Below, one piece after another: positions 50,304 to 58,263 of a DNA stretch of 64,000 nucleotides. Numbering within the stretch: position 1 is the first letter of the stretch; each line of letters opens with the position of its first letter. The stretch spans positions 2,152 to 66,151 of the forward strand of contig JAHILH010000006.1 in the NCBI GenBank assembly GCA_018897195.1. Direction: 5' to 3'. The notes beneath the pieces were generated by a model. That model was given only the letters and a program-made list of their open reading frames with translations, was not told the origin of the DNA and did not search any database. Origin of the DNA: Patescibacteria group bacterium. GTDB taxonomy: Bacteria > Patescibacteriota > Patescibacteriia > Patescibacteriales > UBA12075. The position numbers and the translations under genes are program-made.

Positions 50304-50705
50304 ATGGTGGATGTTGTTAATAAAACTAGATCGAATATAAATTTGAAATTGGTGGAAAAAGTTTCAAGTAAATTTTTAGAGTTGATTAAAGAAAAGCGCG
50401 ATGTGTCGATTGTGTTTGTGGGTGATAAGCGAATTCAGGATTTAAACAAGTCTTATCGCCATAAAGATAAGGTTACTGATATTTTATCTTTTGATGGTGA
50501 CCGGGACTTTTTTGGCGAAATTATTATCGACTACGCCCAAATCAAAAGACAGGCCAAAATTTTTTCTAAAAGTGTTAAAGATGAGTTGGTTTTTATTTTG
50601 ATTCATGGCTTATTGCATTTGCAAGGCTACGATGATAAAACCGAAAAGGGGCGCTTGCAAATGGAAAAATTAGGAGAGAGTTTTGTTAAAAAAATAAAAT
50701 ACTAA
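50304..50705 (+). CDS. ybeY: rRNA maturation endoribonuclease YbeY
   Basis: HGLLHLQGYDD zinc-binding motif; size and position next to dgkA fit. Confidence 0.85.
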   Translation: MVDVVNKTRSNINLKLVEKVSSKFLELIKEKRDVSIVFVGDKRIQDLNKSYRHKDKVTDILSFDGDRDFFGEIIIDYAQIKRQAKIFSKSVKDELVFILIHGLLHLQGYDDKTEKGRLQMEKLGESFVKKIKY

Positions 50706-50709
50706 AAAT

Positions 50710-51072
50710 ATGTTTAAAATAAAACGCTTATTCAAAAGTTTTAAATACGCCGTCAAGGGTCTTTTTTTAGTAATGCGCGACGAGCAGAATTTTCGCGTGC
50801 ATATTATTTTCGCCATACTGGCCTTAGGTTTTTCTTGGTTTTTTCATATTACGCAGATAGAGTTAATTATTGTTATTTTGCTAATAGCGCAGGTGATGTT
50901 AATGGAAGTTGTTAATAGCGCCATTGAGCGCGTGACCGATATCTTAAAACCGCGCATCAATGACTTTGTGATGGAAATTAAGGATATTATGGCTGCAGCA
51001 GTCATGTTGTCTTCAATGGTGGCGATAATAGTTGGTTTAATTATTTTTATACCGTATATATTAGGCAATTAA
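50710..51072 (+). CDS. dgkA: Diacylglycerol/undecaprenol kinase (DgkA family)
   Basis: 120 aa with three TM helices; EQNFRVH and EVVNSAIERVTD motifs. Confidence 0.8.
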   Translation: MFKIKRLFKSFKYAVKGLFLVMRDEQNFRVHIIFAILALGFSWFFHITQIELIIVILLIAQVMLMEVVNSAIERVTDILKPRINDFVMEIKDIMAAAVMLSSMVAIIVGLIIFIPYILGN

Positions 51073-51180
51073 GCTAATTTTGTTTGGACTGGTAATTATT
51101 TTGTGATTATATTATAATATTAAAAGAAAATACATTTTTGTGCATTACTTGTGTACAGTTTATTTTTGTAATTTTAAACA

Positions 51181-52440
51181 ATGGCTGAGAATATTATTGC
51201 CGGACTTGATGTCGGCTCAACAGAAATTCGTTTAGTTATCGGTCAACATGATCGAGAAGACAAGCTCCAAATCATCGGTGCGGTCTCTGTGCCGTCACAG
51301 GGAATTAGTAAGGGAGTAGTCAAAAGCATAGAGGATGTTACATCTTCTATTTCAGAGTGTCTAGAAAAGGCCGAGAGATTGGTGGGTGTGCCGGTTGAGA
51401 GTGTTTGGGTGAGCATTAATAGCCCCTTTGTACGTTGTGAAAAATCTCGTGGCGTTGTGGCAGTGAGTCGTAGTGATGGTGAGATTAGCCAGGACGACAT
51501 TGAACGCGCGCTTGAAGCAGCACGTGCTTTATCTGTGCCACCAAATTATGAAATTATTCACGTTGTGCCTGTTAAATTTATCGTTGATAACCAGGAAGAC
51601 ATCAAGGACCCAATTGGCATGACCGGTGTTCGTTTGGAGGTGGTAACCTTAATTATTCAAGGTCTATCTAGCCAGATCAAGAACTTAACTAAAGCTATTT
51701 TTAGAACCGGTTTAGATATTGACGATTTAGTGCTGTCGCCATTGGCTGCTGCTGAAGCAGTAATCGGTTCACGCCAGAAAGAAATCGGCTCCGCTTTGAT
51801 TAATATTGGCGCTGCAACAACTTCGTTGGCTGTTTTTGAGGAGGGCGAGCTTTTGCATACAGCCGTTATTCCAATTGGCTCTGATCACATTACTTCCGAT
51901 GTCGCGATTGGCTTACGTTGCCCAATTAGCCTAGCAGACAAGATTAAAATCAATTTTGGTTCAGCTAATCCGGAGAAATTTACCGAAGACAAGCAATTCG
52001 ATATACGCAAATTAGTCGAAGAAGAAGAAGCACAGGACGAGGTGACCGAAATTTCAGCCAGATATTTGTCAGAAATTATCGAGGCGAGAGTAGAAGAGAT
52101 TTTTGAAAAAGTTGATTTAGAATTAAAGAAAATTGAAAGATCGGGCATGTTGCCAGGTGGCGTCTTTTTAGTCGGTGGTGGCACCAAATTAGCTGATATT
52201 ACTGATGTTGCGAAGCGTCATTTACGCCTACCAGCTTCTTTGGGTAGAAATACCAATATTAGTACAATTATCGACAAAGCCAATGATACCGAATTTTTAA
52301 ATGCTTTGGGATTGGTGGCCTGGGGTGATCAAACTAAGGATAACAGCTCCAAAGGTTTTAGCTTAAAAATGCCGAAAGGCGAATCAGTGGCTAAGATTGC
52401 AGAAAAAGCTAAGAAGTGGATTCAGTCATTAATACCGTAA
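51181..52440 (+). CDS. ftsA: Cell division protein FtsA
   Basis: GLDVGSTEIRLVIG, INIGAATTSLAVFEEG and VFLVGGGTKLADI; immediately upstream of ftsZ. Confidence 0.9.
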   Translation: MAENIIAGLDVGSTEIRLVIGQHDREDKLQIIGAVSVPSQGISKGVVKSIEDVTSSISECLEKAERLVGVPVESVWVSINSPFVRCEKSRGVVAVSRSDGEISQDDIERALEAARALSVPPNYEIIHVVPVKFIVDNQEDIKDPIGMTGVRLEVVTLIIQGLSSQIKNLTKAIFRTGLDIDDLVLSPLAAAEAVIGSRQKEIGSALINIGAATTSLAVFEEGELLHTAVIPIGSDHITSDVAIGLRCPISLADKIKINFGSANPEKFTEDKQFDIRKLVEEEEAQDEVTEISARYLSEIIEARVEEIFEKVDLELKKIERSGMLPGGVFLVGGGTKLADITDVAKRHLRLPASLGRNTNISTIIDKANDTEFLNALGLVAWGDQTKDNSSKGFSLKMPKGESVAKIAEKAKKWIQSLIP

Positions 52441-52534
52441 AAAGATTTCTTTGATGTCTATTGATTTATTCGCCTCGATTATATATAATCTTCTTATAAA
52501 CAAATTTTAACCTATAATTATTAATAACTATAAT

Positions 52535-53776
52535 ATGGCTGAAATTAAACCAGCAGTTGAGACATTTGCAAAAATTAAAGTGGTCGGCGTCGGTGGCGGT
52601 GGCGGAAGTGGTGTAAACCGTATGGTTGATGCTGGTGTTAAGGGAGTCGAATTTATTGCTGTTAATACTGATGTGCAAGCTTTACACTATAATAAAGCCT
52701 CTAAGAAAATTCATATTGGAAAAGCGGTTACTAGGGGATTGGGTGCTGGTATGAATCCGGAGCTAGGAAGACAGGCAGCCGAAGAGTCACAGAATGAAAT
52801 CCGAGAAGCTTTAAAAGATGCTGATATGGTTTTTGTTACATGTGGCTTAGGTGGTGGTACTGGAACAGGCGCGTCACCGGTTGTGGCCGAGATTGCACGC
52901 GACTTAGGCGCTTTGACAGTAGCAGTGGTAACCAAGCCTTTTTCTTTTGAAGGTGCGCAACGCAAGAATATTGCTGAGCGTGGTTTGATGGAATTGAGCG
53001 ACAAAGTTGATACGATTATTACCATTCCCAATGATAAATTATTACAAGTGATTGATAAGAAAACCTCATTATTAGATGCCTTTATGGTAGTTGATGAGAT
53101 TTTGCAACAGGGTGTTCAGGGTATTGCCGAATTAATTACCATCCCAGGTTTGATTAACGTCGACTTTGCCGATGTTAAAGCAGTTATGTCTAATGCTGGA
53201 TCCGCCCTGATGGGTATCGGTACGGCGAGCGGTGAGAATAAAGCAATTGAAGCGGCAAAGGCAGCTATTAGTTCACCAATGTTGGAAATGTCTATCGAAG
53301 GTGCTCGTGGCATCTTGTTCACCATTACTGGTGGCGAGAACTTGAGCATGATTGAGGTTAATGAAGCTGCTAAGATTATTACCGCCTCGGCTGACGAAGA
53401 AGCGAAGATTATATTTGGCACGGTGATTAATAGCAAAATGAAGGACGAGATAAAGATTACGGTAGTGGCGACTGGCTTTGATAATCCACTACACGGTCTT
53501 AAGGAAGCAAGTGTTAGTGACCGAGCCTATGTTCCAAGCTCCTATATCGCTGATCGTGATAAAACATCTCGAACAGCTGTGGCGACACCGGTAGCTATGG
53601 ATAACAGCCCTTTAATAGAAGAAGATAATTATGCTATTGAGAGAAGAAAAACAAAACCATCACCGCTAAAAGCGGCTCAAGCGGAGCCAGCACAAAAGAA
53701 AGAGATTGTCGGCCGCGAAGGAGAAGATGATGAAGAATTAGGTATCCCGGCGTTTATTCGGAAGAAGATGATGTAA
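52535..53776 (+). CDS. ftsZ: Cell division protein FtsZ
   Basis: [17 protein letters not shown], tubulin signature [18 protein letters not shown], and the C-terminal peptide [10 protein letters not shown]. Confidence 0.95.
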   Translation: MAEIKPAVETFAKIKVVGVGGGGGSGVNRMVDAGVKGVEFIAVNTDVQALHYNKASKKIHIGKAVTRGLGAGMNPELGRQAAEESQNEIREALKDADMVFVTCGLGGGTGTGASPVVAEIARDLGALTVAVVTKPFSFEGAQRKNIAERGLMELSDKVDTIITIPNDKLLQVIDKKTSLLDAFMVVDEILQQGVQGIAELITIPGLINVDFADVKAVMSNAGSALMGIGTASGENKAIEAAKAAISSPMLEMSIEGARGILFTITGGENLSMIEVNEAAKIITASADEEAKIIFGTVINSKMKDEIKITVVATGFDNPLHGLKEASVSDRAYVPSSYIADRDKTSRTAVATPVAMDNSPLIEEDNYAIERRKTKPSPLKAAQAEPAQKKEIVGREGEDDEELGIPAFIRKKMM

Positions 53777-53797
53777 TTTTGAATAAAATATTAAAAA

Positions 53798-53820
53798 AGA
53801 GCTATTATTAGCTCTTTTTT
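53798..53820 (+). terminator. Rho-independent terminator after ftsZ
   Basis: AGAGCTA-ttat-TAGCTCT followed by a T-run. Confidence 0.7.
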
Positions 53821-53870
53821 GTTTTGGTTTATATTTTAGTTCCTTGGTTTGATTTTACTTGCCAAATAGC

Positions 53871-53897
53871 TTGACTTTTTGCTAATATTGTGATAAT
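53871..53897 (+). promoter_or_regulatory. Promoter for the atypical islet: TTGACT-15-(TGt)GATAAT
   Basis: TTGACT 53871-53876 and TGTGATAAT 53889-53897, downstream of the ftsZ terminator. The spacer is short. Confidence 0.4.
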
Positions 53898-53989
53898 AAT
53901 AGCATATTAAATTACATTGGTATTTATCGGTGTTTTAGGACATTGACAATGGGCGTCTCGCCCTAAATAAAGAAAAGTCCAAGCGGACT

Positions 53990-53996
53990 AAGGAGG
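53990..53996 (+). promoter_or_regulatory. Canonical Shine-Dalgarno AAGGAGG
   Basis: 5-nt spacer to the ATG at 54002. Confidence 0.7.
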
Positions 53997-54001
53997 CAGA
54001 G

Positions 54002-55150
54002 ATGCGCAAGGTACAAATACTATGGGTGGCAATTTTTTGTCTTTCAGTTAGCGGCCTGGCTTGGGCAGAAATCAATGGCGCGAGTCTGAGAATTACCGGC
54101 TACAAGGCCGGTGAAACAACGATTAGCGAGGAGACAAAAAAATCGTTGCACAAGACTGTTGCAGACCTGGATAAGAGCTTGTTGAGCGTTAAAGATCAGT
54201 CAAAGCTGAGTCTTACCGTAGCGGGTGCAGCTGATGACAATGACAAAAACGATTCTTCTTTGGGTCGTGTGCGGGCAAACGGAGTAATATTTGTATTGAA
54301 AAGTCTTTATCCGCAAGCCAAGATATCAGTAGTGCCGTCCAGCGGTACTGATATTAAACCAGGCGAAGTTCTCGTTTGGTCAAAGCTGGAAACAGCTCAG
54401 GCTGGAATGATTACGTCTGCACCAGCAAAAATAGCGGTGGTTAAAAAAGAATCCGTTAAAGTGGAACAGCCCAAGATGGAGTCAGGGCCAGTCATTAAAC
54501 AGCCGACGCGTTCCAATTCTCAGGAAACGTCATGGTTTAATGTCCAATTGGTAGCATCTGCGCTTACCTTTGTCGGTCTTCTTGGCGTGATTCTTTTTGT
54601 CTATAAAAAAATCCCAAAACGTCCCGATGTTGTTAGTAAAGGAACAGAAGAGGAAGTGTCTGATTCGGGGAAGATGGGAGAAGAGCCGAATGTGTTAGAT
54701 GCCATAATCAAACCAGCGACAATGGTGCCTGCGGTAGAAGTTGTTGTTGAGAAAATTGAAGAAAAATCGGCGCCGGTCTTGGTGGCGAATAGTCTTGCCG
54801 AAATTATCGAAGTCGATGTCCCTGGTTTTATTGTCAAAATTGAAAAATTACTACACGATAATATTGTAAGACTTGAATCGCCTTTTACTACGCTTACATT
54901 GGGTGTTGATAAAATGATTCCAAAGACTTTACTTTTTGATGATACACCCAAGGGTATGGAGGAGTTGAAGACATCTTTAAAAAAGTGTCTTAATTCTGTT
55001 CAGTATAGTGGACAGAAGGATGATTTGTTGAGAGCTGAAGTTGTGAGAAAGAGCTTGCCCGCAGCATCAGTAAAAACATCGAAGTCATTGCATGTTGTTG
55101 GGGCAAAAGCCGCTGAGCCAGCAGTCGCTGCTCAAAAGGTTGGTGGGTGA
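54002..55150 (+). CDS. Type I membrane protein with a degenerate OmpA-C-like outer domain (compositionally atypical islet, gene 1)
   Basis: Signal peptide (VAIFCLSVSGLAWA/E). LTVAGAADDNDKNDSSLGRVRANGVIFVL loosely follows the OmpA-C pattern (GhtD..G....N..LS..RA..V). TM helix LVASALTFVGLLGVILFVY, then a ~175-aa C-terminal tail. Canonical AAGGAGG lies 5 nt upstream of the ATG. Confidence 0.5.
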   Translation: MRKVQILWVAIFCLSVSGLAWAEINGASLRITGYKAGETTISEETKKSLHKTVADLDKSLLSVKDQSKLSLTVAGAADDNDKNDSSLGRVRANGVIFVLKSLYPQAKISVVPSSGTDIKPGEVLVWSKLETAQAGMITSAPAKIAVVKKESVKVEQPKMESGPVIKQPTRSNSQETSWFNVQLVASALTFVGLLGVILFVYKKIPKRPDVVSKGTEEEVSDSGKMGEEPNVLDAIIKPATMVPAVEVVVEKIEEKSAPVLVANSLAEIIEVDVPGFIVKIEKLLHDNIVRLESPFTTLTLGVDKMIPKTLLFDDTPKGMEELKTSLKKCLNSVQYSGQKDDLLRAEVVRKSLPAASVKTSKSLHVVGAKAAEPAVAAQKVGG

Positions 55151-55158
55151 TTAATCTG

Positions 55159-55190
55159 GGCGGAAGATAAAACTTCCGCCTGTCATTTTT
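55159..55190 (+). terminator. Intercistronic GC-rich hairpin (partial terminator or mRNA-processing element) between the two islet genes
   Basis: GGCGGAAG-ataaaa-CTTCCGCC, then tgtcattttt, directly abutting the second AAGGAGG. Confidence 0.4.
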
Positions 55191-55197
55191 AAGGAGG
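55191..55197 (+). promoter_or_regulatory. Canonical Shine-Dalgarno AAGGAGG
   Basis: 6-nt spacer to the ATG at 55204. Confidence 0.7.
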
Positions 55198-55203
55198 TGC
55201 ACG

Positions 55204-56004
55204 ATGGCGACCAAACAAGAAAGAAGGTTACATTATACGATTATCCTGCTGGCGATATTGCTGGCGGCAGCCCTTGGTGGCTGTGGTTATTATTACAACA
55301 AGATTGCTGGCTTTGAAAGTCAGAAAACAGAAGACATTGTAAAACTGAACAGGGAACATGCAACTGAATTGGCGGTTGCCAAGGGCAATCTTAAGGCAGC
55401 CGAAGAGAAATTAACTGTGGCTGAGGGAAAGATTGCCAAGTTTAGTGAGAAAGAGACGGCGTATAAGGAGAAGATTGACGAACTTAGGGGGGATGTAGGG
55501 CCTGGTAAACAGAAACAGGCATTAGCGCCAGCCAAGAAATCAACCCCAGTTGCATCGCCTGAAAAAAAGAAACACACAATCGTAGCAACTAATTCGCAAA
55601 AGACTATTGTTGCCGCGAAAACGATAAAGACTGTGCATAAAACCAGGCCGGCCAAGAAAATGAAGCCCCGTCACATTAAAAAGGCTCATAATCACAAAAA
55701 TGTTGGCCATATTAGCAAGAAGAGTAGTCATGGCAAAAAGCATGCGCACATCAACAAGAAGACTAGCCATGCCAAGAAGCAGCACAAGAGCACAATGAAG
55801 AAACATGAAAAAATTCAGACCGTTGTCAAAGACTTGTCTTTGTCAGCTCTTTGTGAAGAGCAGAGCGTGGATCGTCCTTTTTTCCTACAGTTGACGAAGG
55901 ATGCGGTTACGTATGGCTATACTGCAAAAGTGTGGGAAGTACAGCATGGTTCGACCAAAAATATCCAGATCTTGCTGACGAGTTCGGAAATGCCAAATTC
56001 GTAA
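55204..56004 (+). CDS. Membrane/lipoprotein-anchored coiled-coil protein with a Lys/His-rich basic region (islet gene 2)
   Basis: N-terminal helix ending in the lipobox-like LGGC, a coiled coil, then KKAHNHKNVGHISKKSSHGKKHAHINKKTSHAKKQHKSTMKKHEK. Canonical AAGGAGG lies 6 nt upstream of the ATG. Confidence 0.5.
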   Translation: MATKQERRLHYTIILLAILLAAALGGCGYYYNKIAGFESQKTEDIVKLNREHATELAVAKGNLKAAEEKLTVAEGKIAKFSEKETAYKEKIDELRGDVGPGKQKQALAPAKKSTPVASPEKKKHTIVATNSQKTIVAAKTIKTVHKTRPAKKMKPRHIKKAHNHKNVGHISKKSSHGKKHAHINKKTSHAKKQHKSTMKKHEKIQTVVKDLSLSALCEEQSVDRPFFLQLTKDAVTYGYTAKVWEVQHGSTKNIQILLTSSEMPNS

Positions 56005-56094
56005 TCAGACAAGTCTGTGTTTAAGATTTAATTTCTGAAGTTGGCTTGTATAATCTCGTAATCAAAGGGAAGCTTTGAATAAGATATAGCAAAG

Positions 56095-56116
56095 ACTAAG
56101 AGCAAAAGTTCTTAGT
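56095..56116 (+). ncRNA. Hairpin copy 1 of a three-member family with invariant GAGCAAAAGTTC core
   Basis: ACTAAGA-gcaaaagt-TCTTAGT (7-bp stem); core at 56100-56111. Confidence 0.35.
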
Positions 56117-56194
56117 ATTATATGTCAAAATTCAAGCAACAACTATCTAAATCCCTTAAAAATAGTTTCGAATAAACCGCAAAATTAGAAGTGG

Positions 56195-56226
56195 GTGACG
56201 CTAGGAGCAAAAGTTCCAGGTGCCTC
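56195..56226 (+). ncRNA. Hairpin copy 2 (same invariant core, different stem sequence)
   Basis: GGTGACGCTAGGA-gcaaaagt-TCCAGGTGCCTC, an imperfect stem with G-U pairs; core at 56205-56216. Confidence 0.35.
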
Positions 56227-56293
56227 ATTATTCAGAGATGTACGCGGTGATCAAAAAGTTTAAGACAGTTCTGGAAATGGGCTGTTATACAAT

Positions 56294-56343
56294 GAGTGGT
56301 TACTTAAGAGCAAAAGTTCTTGGTGCCACTCATTTTTTATTTT
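56294..56343 (+). ncRNA. Hairpin copy 3 with an extra outer stem and T-run (terminator-like)
   Basis: GAGTGG-ttac-TTAAGA-gcaaaagt-TCTTGG-tg-CCACTC, then attttttattttt; core at 56308-56319. Confidence 0.4.
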
Positions 56344-56361
56344 TAAAATTTGTATGATATA

Positions 56362-56712
56362 ATGAAGTCTATGAACAAACAACGATTATTATTAATATTT
56401 ATATTGATTTTTTTATCCAATATTACCAGTGGATGTGTTATTGATAACAATAGCAACAAAGAGCAGGTGCGTAGTAAAAATGTTGATGGCAAAACTGTGG
56501 GCTACGATAAAACGCTAAGCAAGAATATTGCGGTGAAAAAAGTAACCATACTAGATGGTTGCATTGGTTGTGGTGTTTGCGCAAAGATTGACCGGGAACA
56601 TTTTGTAATAGCTGCTCATCGGGCAAAAGTAATATCTCAAAATAATTTAGAGGCGCCATTGTTGACGGCAGCGATTAAGAATTGCCCAACCGCCGTAATT
56701 GCGTTGAATTAA
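56362..56712 (+). CDS. Small single-cluster ferredoxin-like protein with lipoprotein-type signal sequence
   Basis: LLLIFILIFLSNITSGC (lipobox-like ITSGC), then CIGCGVCAKIDREHF ... AIKNCPTAVI (CxxCxxC...CP). I prefer the ATG at 56362 or 56371 over the TTG at 56350. Confidence 0.6.
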   Translation: MKSMNKQRLLLIFILIFLSNITSGCVIDNNSNKEQVRSKNVDGKTVGYDKTLSKNIAVKKVTILDGCIGCGVCAKIDREHFVIAAHRAKVISQNNLEAPLLTAAIKNCPTAVIALN

Positions 56713-56715
56713 TTT

Positions 56716-57210
56716 ATGTTCCTAGAAACCCACACCTTCTTCGCCAACTTGAGTTGGATATTGTTGATTATTATTCTTGTCTCACGACCCTTGGCAGAAA
56801 TTACCAAAAATAAGATCTTATTTCGAGTTTTGCGCTATCGAAAACAATTGGGTGTAATCTGTGGATTAGCAGCTATTGTCCATGTACTATTCTTTTTACT
56901 TGGTAGCGGCTTGGCAGGAATTTATTTTTTAGATGCCGAGTTTTGGTCATTGCAAAATTTCTATGGCTGGGGGAGTTTAGCCGTGGTGGCGATGCTGTTT
57001 CCGCTTCTTACTTCTAATAATTTTTCCTTGCATTTTTTTGGCAAATACTGGAAAAAAATTCAGCGGGGAACCTATTTGGTTTTTATCGCAACCGCTATTC
57101 ATATCGCCATGGTCAAAGATGAGTGGTTTGAGGTGATGGGGCCGGTGCTTATTTGGTTATTTCTATGGACCTGGGCAGAGCTTAGGAGACGAAAAAGGTT
57201 TAAAGTTTAA
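56716..57210 (+). CDS. MsrQ/YedZ-like ferric-reductase-type heme-b membrane protein
   Basis: About five TM helices. The pattern VSRPLAEI..RYRKQLGVICGLAAIVHVLFFL ... LLTSNNFSLHFFGKYWKKIQRGTYLVFIATAIHIAM parallels E. coli MsrQ (TPLAR..R.RR.LG......H ; TS....R.LG..W..L....Y......H). Starts 3 nt after the ferredoxin gene. Confidence 0.55.
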   Translation: MFLETHTFFANLSWILLIIILVSRPLAEITKNKILFRVLRYRKQLGVICGLAAIVHVLFFLLGSGLAGIYFLDAEFWSLQNFYGWGSLAVVAMLFPLLTSNNFSLHFFGKYWKKIQRGTYLVFIATAIHIAMVKDEWFEVMGPVLIWLFLWTWAELRRRKRFKV

Positions 57211-57221
57211 TATTTAGCAAT

Positions 57222-57884
57222 ATGAGCATTTTTAAACATAAGGCTATTAAAAAAGTTTTAGCACTGACATTTTTTTTGTTTTTGATGGTGAGCATCTTTG
57301 GGGCCTTGTATTATTTTCGTGAGACTGTTTATTCTTCAGTGGATCAATTGGCTTTTTTTATAAAAGAGCATATTTTTGTTGGAATTCTCGCATTTGTTCT
57401 CATTTCTATTTTGGCCGTTGTTTTTTCTCCGCTCTCTAGTCTGCCGTTGGTGCCATCTGCCATTATTGCCTGGGGTGATTTTTGGACCTTTGTTTTTTTA
57501 TTATCAGGCTGGTTTATTGGATCCTTGGTTGGTTATTTTTTGGGGTATTTTACACGAGAGGGGGTTTTGGAAAAATTTTTTTCACTTAAAAAGATTGAGT
57601 ATTATAAAAGTCAAATTTCGCAGGATGCACAATTTTTATTAGTTTTGATTTTTCGTTTAGCCATTCCTTCTGAGATTACCGCTTATACATTGGGAATTGT
57701 GCGATATGATTTGAAAAAGTTTATGATCATTGCTGTTCTTTCAGAATTACCCTTTGCCTTGTTGGTTGTTTACTCTGGCAGGGCGGTCTATGATGGCAAT
57801 ATTTTTCTTTTTATTGGTATTATTACCTTTGCCTTGGTTTTTATTACATTTTTCTCCCTTTTGCTTAAGAAGAGATTTAAATAA
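57222..57884 (+). CDS. TVP38/TMEM64 (DedA-related, VTT-domain) membrane protein
   Basis: Polytopic, with FSPLSSLPLVPSAIIAWGDFW and FRLAIPSEITAYTLGI strings typical of the family. Confidence 0.55.
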   Translation: MSIFKHKAIKKVLALTFFLFLMVSIFGALYYFRETVYSSVDQLAFFIKEHIFVGILAFVLISILAVVFSPLSSLPLVPSAIIAWGDFWTFVFLLSGWFIGSLVGYFLGYFTREGVLEKFFSLKKIEYYKSQISQDAQFLLVLIFRLAIPSEITAYTLGIVRYDLKKFMIIAVLSELPFALLVVYSGRAVYDGNIFLFIGIITFALVFITFFSLLLKKRFK

Positions 57885-57907
57885 AAATGGTCAATGAGCT
57901 TGGTAAC

Positions 57908-57916
57908 TTATCCACA
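57908..57916 (+). promoter_or_regulatory. Perfect DnaA-box-like 9-mer TTATCCACA
   Basis: One nucleotide upstream of the -35 of the promoter at 57918-57946. Confidence 0.4.
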
Positions 57917-57917
57917 A

Positions 57918-57946
57918 TTGACCAGATTTTAAATCTGGTGTATAAT
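57918..57946 (+). promoter_or_regulatory. Near-consensus promoter TTGACC-17-TATAAT with a perfect 8+1+8 palindrome in the spacer
   Basis: TTGACC 57918-57923 and TATAAT 57941-57946. The palindrome CCAGATTT-t-AAATCTGG occupies 57922-57938. TTATCCACA at 57908-57916 abuts the -35. Confidence 0.65.
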
Positions 57947-58263
57947 ATAGTTATATCTTTGTAGGGCTGTGCAAAAGAGTAACAGTGCTACGAAGAAAAT
58001 CGCTAAAAATAAGCGAAACAAAACAAAAAGCAAAATAAAAATCAAAAAATAAAAACAAAATTGACAATTAGATATTCTTGAATTGGTATAAGGAATTTTT
58101 CGGTAAGAGGGGATTGAAGTGTGTGATTTGAGTCAAAACTAAATAGGGATAAATTTTTTTTGAAAATGCTTTTTGTTGAAAGGCATTTTTTTTATTGCTC
58201 TGCCTTACGAATACACAAACCTCTTACAAAAGTGATTTTGTAGAAGATTCGTTGATTCGTGGA

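Noticed and set aside
56095-56343. Reading the three GAGCAAAAGTTC hairpins as a mini CRISPR array
   Set aside because: There are only three copies. The conserved part is ~12-14 nt rather than a full 25-40-nt identical repeat, and the flanking stem sequence differs between copies. The spacers (~80 nt) are long, and no cas genes are in the window.
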